Source: an uncultured Gammaproteobacteria bacterium (lineage in GTDB: Bacteria > Patescibacteriota > Microgenomatia > Curtissbacterales > GWA2-41-24). Taken from it: 64,000 bases of DNA. A program made the translations under genes and the position numbers. Below the pieces are notes generated by a model. The model was not told the origin of the DNA and made no database searches. It worked only from the letters and a program-made list of their open reading frames with translations. The stretch covers positions 3,614 through 67,613 of the forward strand of contig CAZLVB010000001.1 in NCBI GenBank assembly GCA_964562855.1. The letters are read 5' to 3'. How positions within the stretch are numbered: the first letter of the stretch is position 1; each line of letters opens with the position of its first letter. Positions 35,780-45,663 of this stretch are shown in pieces.

Positions 35780-38194
35780 TTAAAACTCTTTCTTTCGCCA
35801 AAAGATGAGACTGCCGATTAACAGCCCACCGATCGAGGCTAAAGATACTGCTGACCCCATTTTGAAAGACTTCGGTTCATAATTGAAACGGACCGAATGG
35901 AAGCCGCTAGGCACAGCCACTCCTCTTAAGGCATAATGGGCTCTCAAAAGAGGAGTTTTCCGGCCGTCAATTGTTACCTGCCAATCCGGGTCATAGGTAT
36001 CAGAGATAAAAAGAAGACTATTATAATCGGATTCAAAATCGATAACAATTTTATTCGGCTCGTAATTTAAAACTTTAGGGACTGTGATTTCAGAAGCCAA
36101 ATCGGTAATCTGAATGGGTGGTTCCTGCTCAAGAATTAAAGTCTCCAAATTAAAATTAGAATCATAAATTTTATTGATGATTTCTTGATCGTTTTTAGCA
36201 ACATGATACTTGGTGGTCATAAATATTCTGGGCAATGCTGTTTCCCTTAGGTAAACCTGAAACTTATCGTATTGCCAAAACCCGCTGACTTTGTCATTTG
36301 GAAATCTTTCGTAATGCCAATCTAAACCTGTTTTGGGATTATCCTCCTTATCCAATAAATATTTGACGCCTAATAGATCAAACAATCTTCTACGGTAGCC
36401 GTTTTCCTCATTGGGAACGACGGCATCGGACCTCAAATATGTTTCTGGGACTTGACCTGAGAAACTTGAAGCTAAAAGTTCTGCGTATCTTGAGTATCTT
36501 AAAGTATCGTAACCCTCAACAGCATAGACTTGATAATGAGTTGGAAAATTGAAATCTATATGAGCAGTTCCTCCACCGTAAAAACGGTCTATTCCCGCAT
36601 TATTTTTTAGCCAGTAAAATAGTGGGTGATCCGGAAAAATAAATTTCTTTGGGGCGACAGGTAAGAATTTGTTTGTATAATAAATGCCACCCATAAGAAC
36701 CATGGTAAAAATTCCCAAGATATAAATATATTTGAATATTTCTTTTTTTAGTTTCATTAATTTTTGTGCTCTTTGCAAAATTAAAATGCCTAAAGGTATT
36801 GCTAAAAACATTCCGGTTGGCAGAATTAAATTTCTCCGTGTCACTGCAAGATTGATAAGCCATGTTTCTTTGGGTTGTAAAAAATACTGACCGGATATTG
36901 CAAAGATCCAAAGCAGCAAATATACCCCTGCAATAGGAATCAAAAATTTCAAAAATCGCCTAAGGTATCCCTTATTTTGAAAATTTTTAATCAGATCTTC
37001 AAAACCAAACGCAGCCAGGATAATTAAGAAAAATATCGAAATCGAAATAAATCTGGAAGGTGTTGTTGAGTCTATAAGTGGAAGCCTAAAAACCTTTATT
37101 ACGTAAGTTATCGGTCCATTAACGGCAGACAATATGAAAAATAAAGAAGTGATTGTTGCAAATATTACGAATTTATATTTTCTTAATTTATATATTGCCC
37201 ATAAAGCAAAAACCAATGGAATTACACCAAAATAAGGGGTAAAATCCCCATACGATTGACTCCAGAAATTATTGTTTGCCGGATGTCCGAAAAAATCACT
37301 GGCAAAAAAAGTTATTAGGTTTTTAAAAGGCATGATCCCTAAGTCGAAGGCGTAAGTAGAAAATGGAAGGGATATCGGGGAAAGTTTATAAAAGTGATAA
37401 GTTGGTACTAGCTGAACAGCGACCAGCAAAAAGGAGCTTATGGTTATCAATGCTAGCCTAAGTAATCCTCCCTGACTAAATTTGAATTTATACAACCAAT
37501 AAATCAAGGCAGAGATGTAGAGATATATCGTTGTTTGAGGATGTCCCGCAAGAATTGCCATTGATAGTGAAATAGTCATCAATAAGGCAAATCGTGTTTT
37601 TGATTTTTCATGGTATTTGTTTATTGAATAAATTATTAGTGGTAGCCAAATGTAGCTGTGGGTAACATTACCGTTTTCCATCCATGTAATAAGATAACTG
37701 GAAAGCATAAAAGCGACTGCTCCAAACAAAGACGGGATTTTTGAAATGCTGAAACTTCTTATGGCTAAATACATAAAAATACCTCCAAGAAACGGCTGCA
37801 GCACAATGAGTAAAATCCAGGCGTTTTTGGGGTCTGTTAGAAAATAAAAACCAGTCAGCGGGTAAAACACGCTCGACTGAAAATTAGCCAAAAGGGGCTG
37901 GCCGGAAAATGTGTAAGGATTCCAAAGTGGAAATTCTCCTTTTTTAATTTGATTTAGCGCAAATTCTTTCCAGGGGTAAATCTGACGGACGCTATCTGCA
38001 CCTATCAGTTCCTTGTGTGTAGTCCATGGATTGTAACCTTCCCACCCGCCTGAATACCAAGGGAAGTAAAAGGAAACTAACAAATCGCCAGGTATTGGAT
38101 AAAGATCTTTCAAAAATATTTTGAAAAAAATAAGACAGGTAATCGCGAAAATGGCGAGTATAGGCATAATTTTTAGAAAAAAATTTTTTTTCAT
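35780..38194 (-). CDS. YfhO-like large GT-C membrane glycosyltransferase
   Basis: 804 aa. Paralog of 16894..19221, with shared motifs ELPLWNPYSFSGQPLLAN vs EFPLWNPYTFSGQPLLAN. Confidence 0.5.
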   Translation of the reverse strand: MKKNFFLKIMPILAIFAITCLIFFKIFLKDLYPIPGDLLVSFYFPWYSGGWEGYNPWTTHKELIGADSVRQIYPWKEFALNQIKKGEFPLWNPYTFSGQPLLANFQSSVFYPLTGFYFLTDPKNAWILLIVLQPFLGGIFMYLAIRSFSISKIPSLFGAVAFMLSSYLITWMENGNVTHSYIWLPLIIYSINKYHEKSKTRFALLMTISLSMAILAGHPQTTIYLYISALIYWLYKFKFSQGGLLRLALITISSFLLVAVQLVPTYHFYKLSPISLPFSTYAFDLGIMPFKNLITFFASDFFGHPANNNFWSQSYGDFTPYFGVIPLVFALWAIYKLRKYKFVIFATITSLFFILSAVNGPITYVIKVFRLPLIDSTTPSRFISISIFFLIILAAFGFEDLIKNFQNKGYLRRFLKFLIPIAGVYLLLWIFAISGQYFLQPKETWLINLAVTRRNLILPTGMFLAIPLGILILQRAQKLMKLKKEIFKYIYILGIFTMVLMGGIYYTNKFLPVAPKKFIFPDHPLFYWLKNNAGIDRFYGGGTAHIDFNFPTHYQVYAVEGYDTLRYSRYAELLASSFSGQVPETYLRSDAVVPNEENGYRRRLFDLLGVKYLLDKEDNPKTGLDWHYERFPNDKVSGFWQYDKFQVYLRETALPRIFMTTKYHVAKNDQEIINKIYDSNFNLETLILEQEPPIQITDLASEITVPKVLNYEPNKIVIDFESDYNSLLFISDTYDPDWQVTIDGRKTPLLRAHYALRGVAVPSGFHSVRFNYEPKSFKMGSAVSLASIGGLLIGSLIFWRKKEF

Positions 38195-39381
38195 TTAAGT
38201 TTTCTGACATGACTCTTTATGACTATCAAAAAAACTGTGATAAAAGCTGGAATAAAAAGAACTGTTTGAATAAAGCCGAGCGTTTGCGGCTGTGACCAGT
38301 CGCCGTAAAAAAGAAAAGGAAGGTAGCGCAAGCTTGCTCCTATAGAAAAGGCCAGAGCAATCGTTATCAATTTTATATTAGGCAAAAGAGCAACTATTGG
38401 GAGGGTCCAAAAAAGATACCACGGCTGGAACTGGACCTGCGTGGCTCCCGACGACACAAAAGGGACACTGATTCTAAATGTGGAGAATACAAAAGTGAAG
38501 ATGGTCATTGTTATCAAGCTTAGCATAACAACCCGTTTGGCTGATCGGCGGAAGAAAATTAACCAGGGTAGATTAAGTATCGATATATATTTAACAAAGA
38601 CCCCTATTAAGAGGGCAACATACGACCCTACAGTCTTTTTAAGAGTCAAAAGATAAATTGGCATTATTATAAAAGTTGCTAGGACGACATCATTGTGAGC
38701 ATTGGCGACGCCTTCGATCAGCAGTAAAGGGTTTAGGGCATAGAACGCTGTACCCAAAAGGACTTTTCCTGGATTTAATTTTTGGAGGATTTTATAAATT
38801 AGATAAGAGTTTACTAGGTGAAAAATACTTATAAAAACCTTGAAGGCAAAAAAATTGAGTAAAAATTTACCAAAACCTAATACTGCCGGGATAAGTGACA
38901 TGCCAAGCCACATTGGGCCATACGGTGAATATCGATGGACCCAGCGCATGAAACGTAACCATTCGTCCTGAGGAAAATCCAAAGGTCGATGAGTATAGGG
39001 ACTGGCATGATAATTGAGAATAATCTTGGCATCAAAAAGATAATTGAAAAGATCGGAAGATAAAAAGGGGTAGGCAAAAATCAAAACAGCAGTATTTGTA
39101 GCTATAGCTAATTTTAAATACTCCTTTGTTGTTTTTTTTCTGTTCAATAACCATAAATTGAATATGAAAAATAAAAAAGCAATTATTATAAACACCAGAT
39201 AGAGAGATGTCGCTAGCGGTCTATTAAAATATCCAAGTTTTTGCATTTGGCTTATAAATGCTAGGACGAGGTGGTTTTGGGATAAAGTAAGATTAAGATC
39301 TACGTAGGCATAAGAAAAAACTGTTACGAGACCGTAAAGTAGTAAGTTTACAAAAAGTAAAAATTTCTCAAAATTTGACAC
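38191..39381 (-). CDS. polytopic membrane protein, possible GT87/DUF2029-like mannosyltransferase
   Basis: 396 aa, about 10 TM helices, HRYSPYGPMW loop motif. The family assignment is tentative. Confidence 0.4.
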   Translation of the reverse strand: MSNFEKFLLFVNLLLYGLVTVFSYAYVDLNLTLSQNHLVLAFISQMQKLGYFNRPLATSLYLVFIIIAFLFFIFNLWLLNRKKTTKEYLKLAIATNTAVLIFAYPFLSSDLFNYLFDAKIILNYHASPYTHRPLDFPQDEWLRFMRWVHRYSPYGPMWLGMSLIPAVLGFGKFLLNFFAFKVFISIFHLVNSYLIYKILQKLNPGKVLLGTAFYALNPLLLIEGVANAHNDVVLATFIIMPIYLLTLKKTVGSYVALLIGVFVKYISILNLPWLIFFRRSAKRVVMLSLITMTIFTFVFSTFRISVPFVSSGATQVQFQPWYLFWTLPIVALLPNIKLITIALAFSIGASLRYLPFLFYGDWSQPQTLGFIQTVLFIPAFITVFLIVIKSHVRKLK

Positions 39382-39402
39382 AAAACAAGCTTTCTTATTT
39401 TA

Positions 39403-40887
39403 CTATTTTAGAACCTTGATCAACACGTAGTCTTGATGCTCGGCTATAAGTTCATACCTATTTTTCTCAATATTATCCAAGTTGAGTCTCCAGCCTTCAG
39501 TTAATAATAAAAAAGGTTTTTTCCCAAAAGATATAATACCCTTAAGACTGTTTCTTGGAAACGGCTCACCTTGTACATGATAAACTTTTTTCTGTGAATA
39601 AAAGACAGCACCCGGCAGGAAAAATTCATTGTCAAGATATAAGGTTTCTGGCCGCATCCTTGCTGCCGTTGCGGTATACGCTAAACCACTTGTTGATTTA
39701 TCAAAAAGTTTAATCTCGTCTCTAAATTCGTAAATTTGCTTAAGTGATAAAGCCAAAATTAAGCAAATAGTAACTGCAGAAGCGATCGCTGTTTTATTTT
39801 TACGGATAAAAATAACGAATTTTTTAGGCAAAAAGTTTTTATTTAGAGTAACAACTTTTAGGGAGTAAAAAAGTATTTGATAAAGTGAGAATGCAATAAA
39901 AATCCCAAGTATAGGATAAAGGGGGATTAGATGCCAAATTTCTGTTTTTGAATTTGTTAAAAAACCGAATATAAGGATTAAAAACCAAATGTATAGCACA
40001 AAAAGTATCGGGGTTTTAAATAGAAATGCTACTGATCCGACAAGAGCAATTAGGGCGGGATAAAACCATTCTAGAATTCCATAATGCAGATAGACAAAGG
40101 TCAAAGAAGAACCAATCTCTTCAAAATTTGGTTTCACCTTAAACTCTGGTCTTAATCCAACATTTATCAAGTGATTTAAAAAATTCAAGCCGTAAACTTT
40201 GATATTTATAACTAGCCATGGGGCTAAAATTAATGAAAATAAAAAAACCCCTATTAAGGTTCTTTTAATTGGGGCTGATTTATTTTTAATAAACGTAAAG
40301 ATTAATATAATAAGAATCGGAGGTAAAATAGTCAGCCCAATGACTGACTTAGTTAGCAACGAAAAGGCAAAAGATATCGCAAACGGATAGACCCAGTTTA
40401 AGTTGTTTCTTATCTTAACGGCACAATAAAAGGTAAATAAATAAAAAAAGATAAAAACAGTATCTAAATTACCAGATCTTGCCCTTAAGATAAACCAGAC
40501 GGAGGAAAGTAACATTAAAGCCGCACCCATTCCAATGATCCGGTTAAAGAGGTTTTTACCAATAAGATACAAAGTTATAACCGAACCAAATCCCGCCAAT
40601 GCTGAGGGAAAGCGGGCAGCAAAATCTGTCACCCCAAATACTAAAAATGAGATTGCCATTAGCAAAAATGCCAAAGGCGGATGATCTATATATGGTGATT
40701 CGTTAAAATAAAGAATCAGGGGCTGGTAACTTGTTAAAATATTCCTTGCTATCTCTGCGTACCAGGCTTCATCGAAATCAACCAGGCTTGTCGCACCAAG
40801 ATTGTAAAAAAATAAAGGCGAAAAAACCAGAATGGTTATAATGGCGAAAATATCACTTTTGTATTTTTTAAGAAAATTTCTAACCAT
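39403..40887 (-). CDS. ArnT-like (GT83/PMT_2) polyprenyl-phosphate-dependent glycosyltransferase
   Basis: 494 aa; LVDFDEAWYAEIARN is a near-canonical ArnT DExRYAEI motif. Confidence 0.65.
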   Translation of the reverse strand: MVRNFLKKYKSDIFAIITILVFSPLFFYNLGATSLVDFDEAWYAEIARNILTSYQPLILYFNESPYIDHPPLAFLLMAISFLVFGVTDFAARFPSALAGFGSVITLYLIGKNLFNRIIGMGAALMLLSSVWFILRARSGNLDTVFIFFYLFTFYCAVKIRNNLNWVYPFAISFAFSLLTKSVIGLTILPPILIILIFTFIKNKSAPIKRTLIGVFLFSLILAPWLVINIKVYGLNFLNHLINVGLRPEFKVKPNFEEIGSSLTFVYLHYGILEWFYPALIALVGSVAFLFKTPILFVLYIWFLILIFGFLTNSKTEIWHLIPLYPILGIFIAFSLYQILFYSLKVVTLNKNFLPKKFVIFIRKNKTAIASAVTICLILALSLKQIYEFRDEIKLFDKSTSGLAYTATAARMRPETLYLDNEFFLPGAVFYSQKKVYHVQGEPFPRNSLKGIISFGKKPFLLLTEGWRLNLDNIEKNRYELIAEHQDYVLIKVLK

Positions 40888-42311
40888 TAATTAACTTGGT
40901 GAATTTTGACAATTTTAATAAAATGGTCGAATCCAATAGAAACTGTTTTTGCGGGGAAACTTCTTTCGTACTTTATTTTTAAATAATAAGATGGTTCATC
41001 AAATCCAAAAACGTATAAGTTTCCACCCCCCTCTTGTGGCCCCTTCCCCAAGGCTTTGAACAAAAAGGGGTAACCGTTATTAATTGCAAGTGGCAAGCTG
41101 TAATGTACATTAAATGTGTCTTGGGCGGAATCACGGATAACATAGGTGACCGCTTCTTTTTTAATTCTGTAGTTGATTACACTTTTATAATTTATATTAC
41201 TTTTAATATTCATGAATAAAAAAAATGTAATAAATATTAAAAAGATAAGAAAATTTTTTCTGATTACAAAAGAAATAATAATGATAAATGGTAATAAGGA
41301 TTGTAGGAGGTAATAATCTGGAATATGTCCCTTGTAAAACAAGAATCCAAAAACTGGCAAGAATAACCATACAGGAAAAATAAAAAATAGGTTGTTTTTT
41401 TTCTTGAGTAGAAAATAGGTTCCTAATACAACAAGGCACAGAATGAATATCAGGAAAATAGTATTTGCAGATTGAAAAAGATAATTGGCAAAAAACGGCA
41501 GATTTATATTTCTAACAAGATAAATTGATTTATTGAAATAATTTTGAGAACCTGCGTTCTGGCTTATGAATTTTAGAAAATTTTCCCAAAGAATATTATC
41601 GTGCCTAAAATTAAAAATAATTAACGGAAGAAAGTTTAGTAAAAAAGCAGCAACTGCAAGTACAAAATAGAAATAATTTTTCCTTTCTCTTAAGAAAGCC
41701 GTTAAAATAAATGCGACGGCAGAAAAAATGAAAACCGGGTTAAAATTTACGGTAGCAATCCCCGCTATGAAAGCCCCTATTATCAAAAAAATACTTTTCC
41801 TCCTGAAATATTGATAAATCGAGTACATAAGTCCAATTGACGAAAGAAATAAGAAATAATTACTGTTGACTCCCCACTCATACGAAATTTGAGCAAAGGA
41901 TACTGAATAAATAATGGTAGAAATAAGAGCAGTCTTTGCGTCGAAAATGCTTCTTATCACAATATATAGAATTGGAATAGTGATAGTTCCTAAAATGGCG
42001 TAAAAATAAGGAACGCAATCCGGCAGAAGACTGCAAAACTTGTAGGGGATGAATTGAATCCAATTATGCAAAGGTCCAAGGTAAAATCCTTTGAAAGAAA
42101 GCTCTTGCCCTATAAGAGTTACCTTGTGATTTACAAAAAAGTCATATGCGGAATTTGCGGCATACTCCTGATCAAAATCGAAAGGGAATCCCTCACGAAT
42201 TTTGTAAAATCGCAAGAGTGCACCAGCTAAAATAACAAGTAAAAGCGGAATTGCGCCAACGTATCTATTTATAGATGCCCCGAAGGTCATTAAGGCGAAC
42301 TTTGACAACAT
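40887..42311 (-). CDS. polytopic membrane protein, putative GT-C-type (family C paralog)
   Basis: 474 aa; FDFDQEYAANSAYDF...TLIGQELSFKGFYLGPLHNW motif as in 22587..24083 and 44044..45663. Confidence 0.45.
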   Translation of the reverse strand: MLSKFALMTFGASINRYVGAIPLLLVILAGALLRFYKIREGFPFDFDQEYAANSAYDFFVNHKVTLIGQELSFKGFYLGPLHNWIQFIPYKFCSLLPDCVPYFYAILGTITIPILYIVIRSIFDAKTALISTIIYSVSFAQISYEWGVNSNYFLFLSSIGLMYSIYQYFRRKSIFLIIGAFIAGIATVNFNPVFIFSAVAFILTAFLRERKNYFYFVLAVAAFLLNFLPLIIFNFRHDNILWENFLKFISQNAGSQNYFNKSIYLVRNINLPFFANYLFQSANTIFLIFILCLVVLGTYFLLKKKNNLFFIFPVWLFLPVFGFLFYKGHIPDYYLLQSLLPFIIIISFVIRKNFLIFLIFITFFLFMNIKSNINYKSVINYRIKKEAVTYVIRDSAQDTFNVHYSLPLAINNGYPFLFKALGKGPQEGGGNLYVFGFDEPSYYLKIKYERSFPAKTVSIGFDHFIKIVKIHQVN

Positions 42312-43020
42312 CTCTCAGCATTCTTAAAGAGTCTTTTATTGGGCTAACCCTGGTGGTGGCAACATGATGCCAGATAATTGGTACTTCTTTGATTTTATAC
42401 CCGTGTTTTTTAGCAATGAATAATAATTCGACATCGAATGCCGTGACGAGTGCCCCCTTAATTCTCTTCCCCTTGCCATAAACCTTAAGTTTTCCAAATA
42501 ATTCCTTCGCAACATTACTCTTGAAACATTTGAATCCTGCCTGAGTATCCCAAATTCCCCTGACTGCAATAAATTGCACTACAAGATTAAAGACAAGCCC
42601 CATTAAGTGCCTATAAAACGGCTCCTTCTCCCTCTTTGCGCCAGGCAGTTGCCTTGAACCTATGACGATATCGTATTCGGGAAAATGAGGCAAGAGTTTT
42701 TCAATCTCTGAAATCGGTGTGGCTTGGTCAAAGTCGGTAAAAAGAACAAATTCTCCTTTTGCAGCGAGTACTCCAGTTTTGACAGTTTCGGCCTTACCTT
42801 GGTGAGGATTTTTAATTAAACGAAAGTTTTTGTATTTTTTGACAAATTTTTCTGCCAATTGCGAAGTTTTATCCTCAGAACCATCATCAATTATTATTGC
42901 TTCATAAGAATAATTCTGTTGATCAAGATACTGCGGAACTTGCGCCAGAAGCCCTTTTTCAAAATTTGGCTCTTCGTTATAGGCGGGAATAACAACAGAA
43001 AGGAAGATTTTGTCTGGCAT
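42265..43020 (-). CDS. GT2 polyprenyl-phosphate sugar synthase-like glycosyltransferase
   Basis: LSVVIPAYNEEPNF...IIIDDGSEDKT...FTDFDQ motifs; 251 aa. Confidence 0.7.
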   Translation of the reverse strand: MPDKIFLSVVIPAYNEEPNFEKGLLAQVPQYLDQQNYSYEAIIIDDGSEDKTSQLAEKFVKKYKNFRLIKNPHQGKAETVKTGVLAAKGEFVLFTDFDQATPISEIEKLLPHFPEYDIVIGSRQLPGAKREKEPFYRHLMGLVFNLVVQFIAVRGIWDTQAGFKCFKSNVAKELFGKLKVYGKGKRIKGALVTAFDVELLFIAKKHGYKIKEVPIIWHHVATTRVSPIKDSLRMLRDVVKVRLNDLRGIYK

Positions 43021-43045
43021 TTAATTATTATATCAGCAGATCGCT
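43021..43045 (-). promoter_or_regulatory. extended -10 promoter (CTGCTGATATAAT) 6 nt upstream of the ATG of GT2 gene 42265..43020
   Basis: Minus strand: ...gatCTGCTGATATAATaattaaATGccagac. TG-a-TATAAT matches the extended -10 consensus. No Shine-Dalgarno sequence, implying a leaderless mRNA. Confidence 0.5.
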
Positions 43046-43075
43046 TTGGCACACTTCGTCGTGCCAAGAGCGCTC
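43039..43075 (-). terminator. imperfect 13-bp stem-loop 3' of pyrB, candidate intrinsic terminator or RNA structure
   Basis: GATCGCT-TTGGCAC-[acttcgtc]-GTGCCAA-G-AGCGCTC. On the minus-strand RNA it is followed by AU-rich cugcugauauaauaauu. The U-tract is imperfect, so confidence is low. Confidence 0.3.
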
Positions 43076-43117
43076 CTCTGATATACTTTTAGCTTACACT
43101 AAAATCTGAGGTTTTGC

Positions 43118-44026
43118 CTATGCGTTGTCAAAAAGCATTTTTAGAAGTGCCATTCTGACGAAGACTCCGTTATGAGCTTGTTCGAAATAAAGGGCTCTGG
43201 GATCCGAATCTACTTCTTGGCTTATTTCATCAACGCGCGGTAGAGGGTGAAGTATTAACGCGGTTTTTTTAATATATTTTAGAGCTTTTTTGTCTAAAAT
43301 ATATTTACCTGAATATTTTTTGTAATCTTCGCCTAAGTATTCTTTAGGGATTCTAGTTTGATAAATTACGTCTGCTTTCTTAATTGCTTCTAAGTAATCT
43401 TCGGTTTCGGAAAATCGAACTTTTTTGGCGCTAAAATATTTTCTGAAATCGGTTGGGATACGTAAAGATTTCGGTGAAACGAAAATAATATTGACACTCG
43501 GATAATTTGCCAATAAATAGGAAAGAGAATGCACAGACCTGTAAACGGACAGTGCTCCTGCCATAGCTATGGTAAACCTGGGATTTTTGACTTTGGAAAA
43601 GATAGTGTATAGATCCAGCAACGCTTGAGTCGGATGCTCTCCGCCTCCGTCGCCCGCATTAATGACTGGCACGGTAGAATAGCTAGCCGCCAAGCGGGCC
43701 GAACCGATTTTTGGATGCCTAATTACTATAACATCGCAATAATCATCTACGATCCTTATGGTATCCTCGAGAGTTTCTCCTTTAATCGCTGATGAGAATT
43801 CCTTAGCGTTTTCTGTTGATATAGTTGACCCGCCTAATTTGATCATTGCCGATTCGAAAGAAAATCTAGTCCTGGTTGATGGTTCGTAAAAAAGCGTGGC
43901 CATTATTTTTTTGTTTAGAAAATTCTGATTGTATTTCCCATTCTGGATTTCGTCTGCAATTTTAAAAAGCTTAGTCACCGTATCTTTATCAAATTGCTGT
44001 GCCGAAATTATGTGTTTAATTCTCAT
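43118..44026 (-). CDS. pyrB: aspartate carbamoyltransferase catalytic subunit
   Basis: 302 aa; STRTRFSFESAM carbamoyl-phosphate binding motif and HPLPRVDEI aspartate-domain motif. Confidence 0.85.
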   Translation of the reverse strand: MRIKHIISAQQFDKDTVTKLFKIADEIQNGKYNQNFLNKKIMATLFYEPSTRTRFSFESAMIKLGGSTISTENAKEFSSAIKGETLEDTIRIVDDYCDVIVIRHPKIGSARLAASYSTVPVINAGDGGGEHPTQALLDLYTIFSKVKNPRFTIAMAGALSVYRSVHSLSYLLANYPSVNIIFVSPKSLRIPTDFRKYFSAKKVRFSETEDYLEAIKKADVIYQTRIPKEYLGEDYKKYSGKYILDKKALKYIKKTALILHPLPRVDEISQEVDSDPRALYFEQAHNGVFVRMALLKMLFDNA

Positions 44027-44043
44027 AGTCTGATTATACTGCT

Positions 44044-45663
44044 TTATCCACCTTTAACTGCCGGTTTCCCAGCGGGATTGGGTGCCCCTGGCCAGTGAGT
44101 AAGCTTAAAAACCTTAATGCCGATTTCGGGTAAGTCCCATTCACCGACTATTTGCGCTCTTCCGAACCCGGCAATTTCCCAAATGGGATGTCCAAGTGGC
44201 GCACATGTTCTAGTTTCACAAACTACCAAAAGTTGCTCCGTTACTAATGTTTCAAGCTCGGTTGGACGAAATCCTTTTATTTCTAGAAAATACCTATATG
44301 CATGATCGCTATTGTGATCGGCAATCAGCGCAAAATTAAAAGGCTTATCTTCGCTTATTTTTGTCACAAAACCGGAAACGGTTGATGTTTGTTCAATTAA
44401 TCTATTTGGAGGGTATCTAAAAAGACCATTTGAAACAAAATATGCAACTGTTATGGCAGTTAAAATAAATGTAAAACTTCTAAAAAAAATGTTCTTCCAG
44501 AAAACACTAATAACTAAACCAAATAACAGAAAGGGTGCGGGGAACATAAATCCGAAGTAGTAATCAAAAAGCTGGCCAGCATAAAGCCTCGCACCCAGTA
44601 AGCCCCCCAAAAACCAGATGATACCTATGGAAAAAATTAGTTTTTTCTCACTAAATTTCCAATTTTTGGCCAGTCCATATATTCCTCCAACTGCCAAAAA
44701 CCAGTAAAATATCTTCGTGATAATTGTTTTATTGAGCTCTGATATGAATTCCAATAAGATATTACCGGTATTTGAGGCTTGCCAAACCAAATTTATCCTT
44801 TTGTAGCCAACAGTTGATCCCCGAGTTATAAATTCCCAGATTGTTTTAAAGTTAGGAAAATTATTTTTAATTTCGAACAATAAAAATGGCAAAACGGTGA
44901 CAATTGCTCCCGCTAACCCAGCAGCAAGATAAATGGGCCATTTTTTAAAACTAACATTAAAAAACAACACTAAGGTTGAAAGTAAAAATAAAACTGTTGC
45001 TAAATAGTGAAGCTGGATAGCGATGCCAAAGCACGCACCGGCAAGAAGAAAATAGATGACTTTTTTCTTTTGGATGCCTTTATAGAGAAAATAGAATAAG
45101 AGAAGCGCAAAAAATGGTAATGGGTTGGGATTCCAGGAAGATCTTGAATACCTAACAATAAGCGGGGCTGTTGCGTATAAAAAGCCGGCAAGAATTGCCG
45201 GCCAATAGCCCGCAGTTTCTGCAAGAAACTTAAAAAGTAAGAGCACGGTTAAGGCGCCAAATGCCGCCACCATGTATGAGGGTCCTACCGGGTCATATCG
45301 CCATAAATATAAGAATGGTGCGCCCATCCAATAATAAATTGGGCCAAGGTAGAAACCGCCTACAGAGGCAGTTGGACCTAAAAACGTTGGCCTTTTTTCC
45401 ATTATCATCTTTCTCATAACTAGCATATCTCTCCCCTCGTCTCCCAAAAAAACAACATAATCTCTAACCTTCCAAAATCGGAAGAACATGGCAGTTAAAA
45501 TTAAAATCAAAAAAATAATGAATTTTATTTTCGAATCCGCGAAACCACTGCTTCCCGCTCGGGGATGAAGTGGATGAGAAAACATCCTCCAAAGTCGACT
45601 GGTAAGTGAAGATGTCATATTTTTAAATTTTCCAAACTTCATGGGATGCTCCCTGGATTGCAA
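44044..45663 (-). CDS. polytopic membrane protein, putative GT-C-type (family C paralog)
   Basis: 539 aa; FLGDEGRDMLVMRKMIMEKRPTFLGPTASVGGFYLGPIYYW. Confidence 0.45.
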   Translation of the reverse strand: MQSREHPMKFGKFKNMTSSLTSRLWRMFSHPLHPRAGSSGFADSKIKFIIFLILILTAMFFRFWKVRDYVVFLGDEGRDMLVMRKMIMEKRPTFLGPTASVGGFYLGPIYYWMGAPFLYLWRYDPVGPSYMVAAFGALTVLLLFKFLAETAGYWPAILAGFLYATAPLIVRYSRSSWNPNPLPFFALLLFYFLYKGIQKKKVIYFLLAGACFGIAIQLHYLATVLFLLSTLVLFFNVSFKKWPIYLAAGLAGAIVTVLPFLLFEIKNNFPNFKTIWEFITRGSTVGYKRINLVWQASNTGNILLEFISELNKTIITKIFYWFLAVGGIYGLAKNWKFSEKKLIFSIGIIWFLGGLLGARLYAGQLFDYYFGFMFPAPFLLFGLVISVFWKNIFFRSFTFILTAITVAYFVSNGLFRYPPNRLIEQTSTVSGFVTKISEDKPFNFALIADHNSDHAYRYFLEIKGFRPTELETLVTEQLLVVCETRTCAPLGHPIWEIAGFGRAQIVGEWDLPEIGIKVFKLTHWPGAPNPAGKPAVKGG

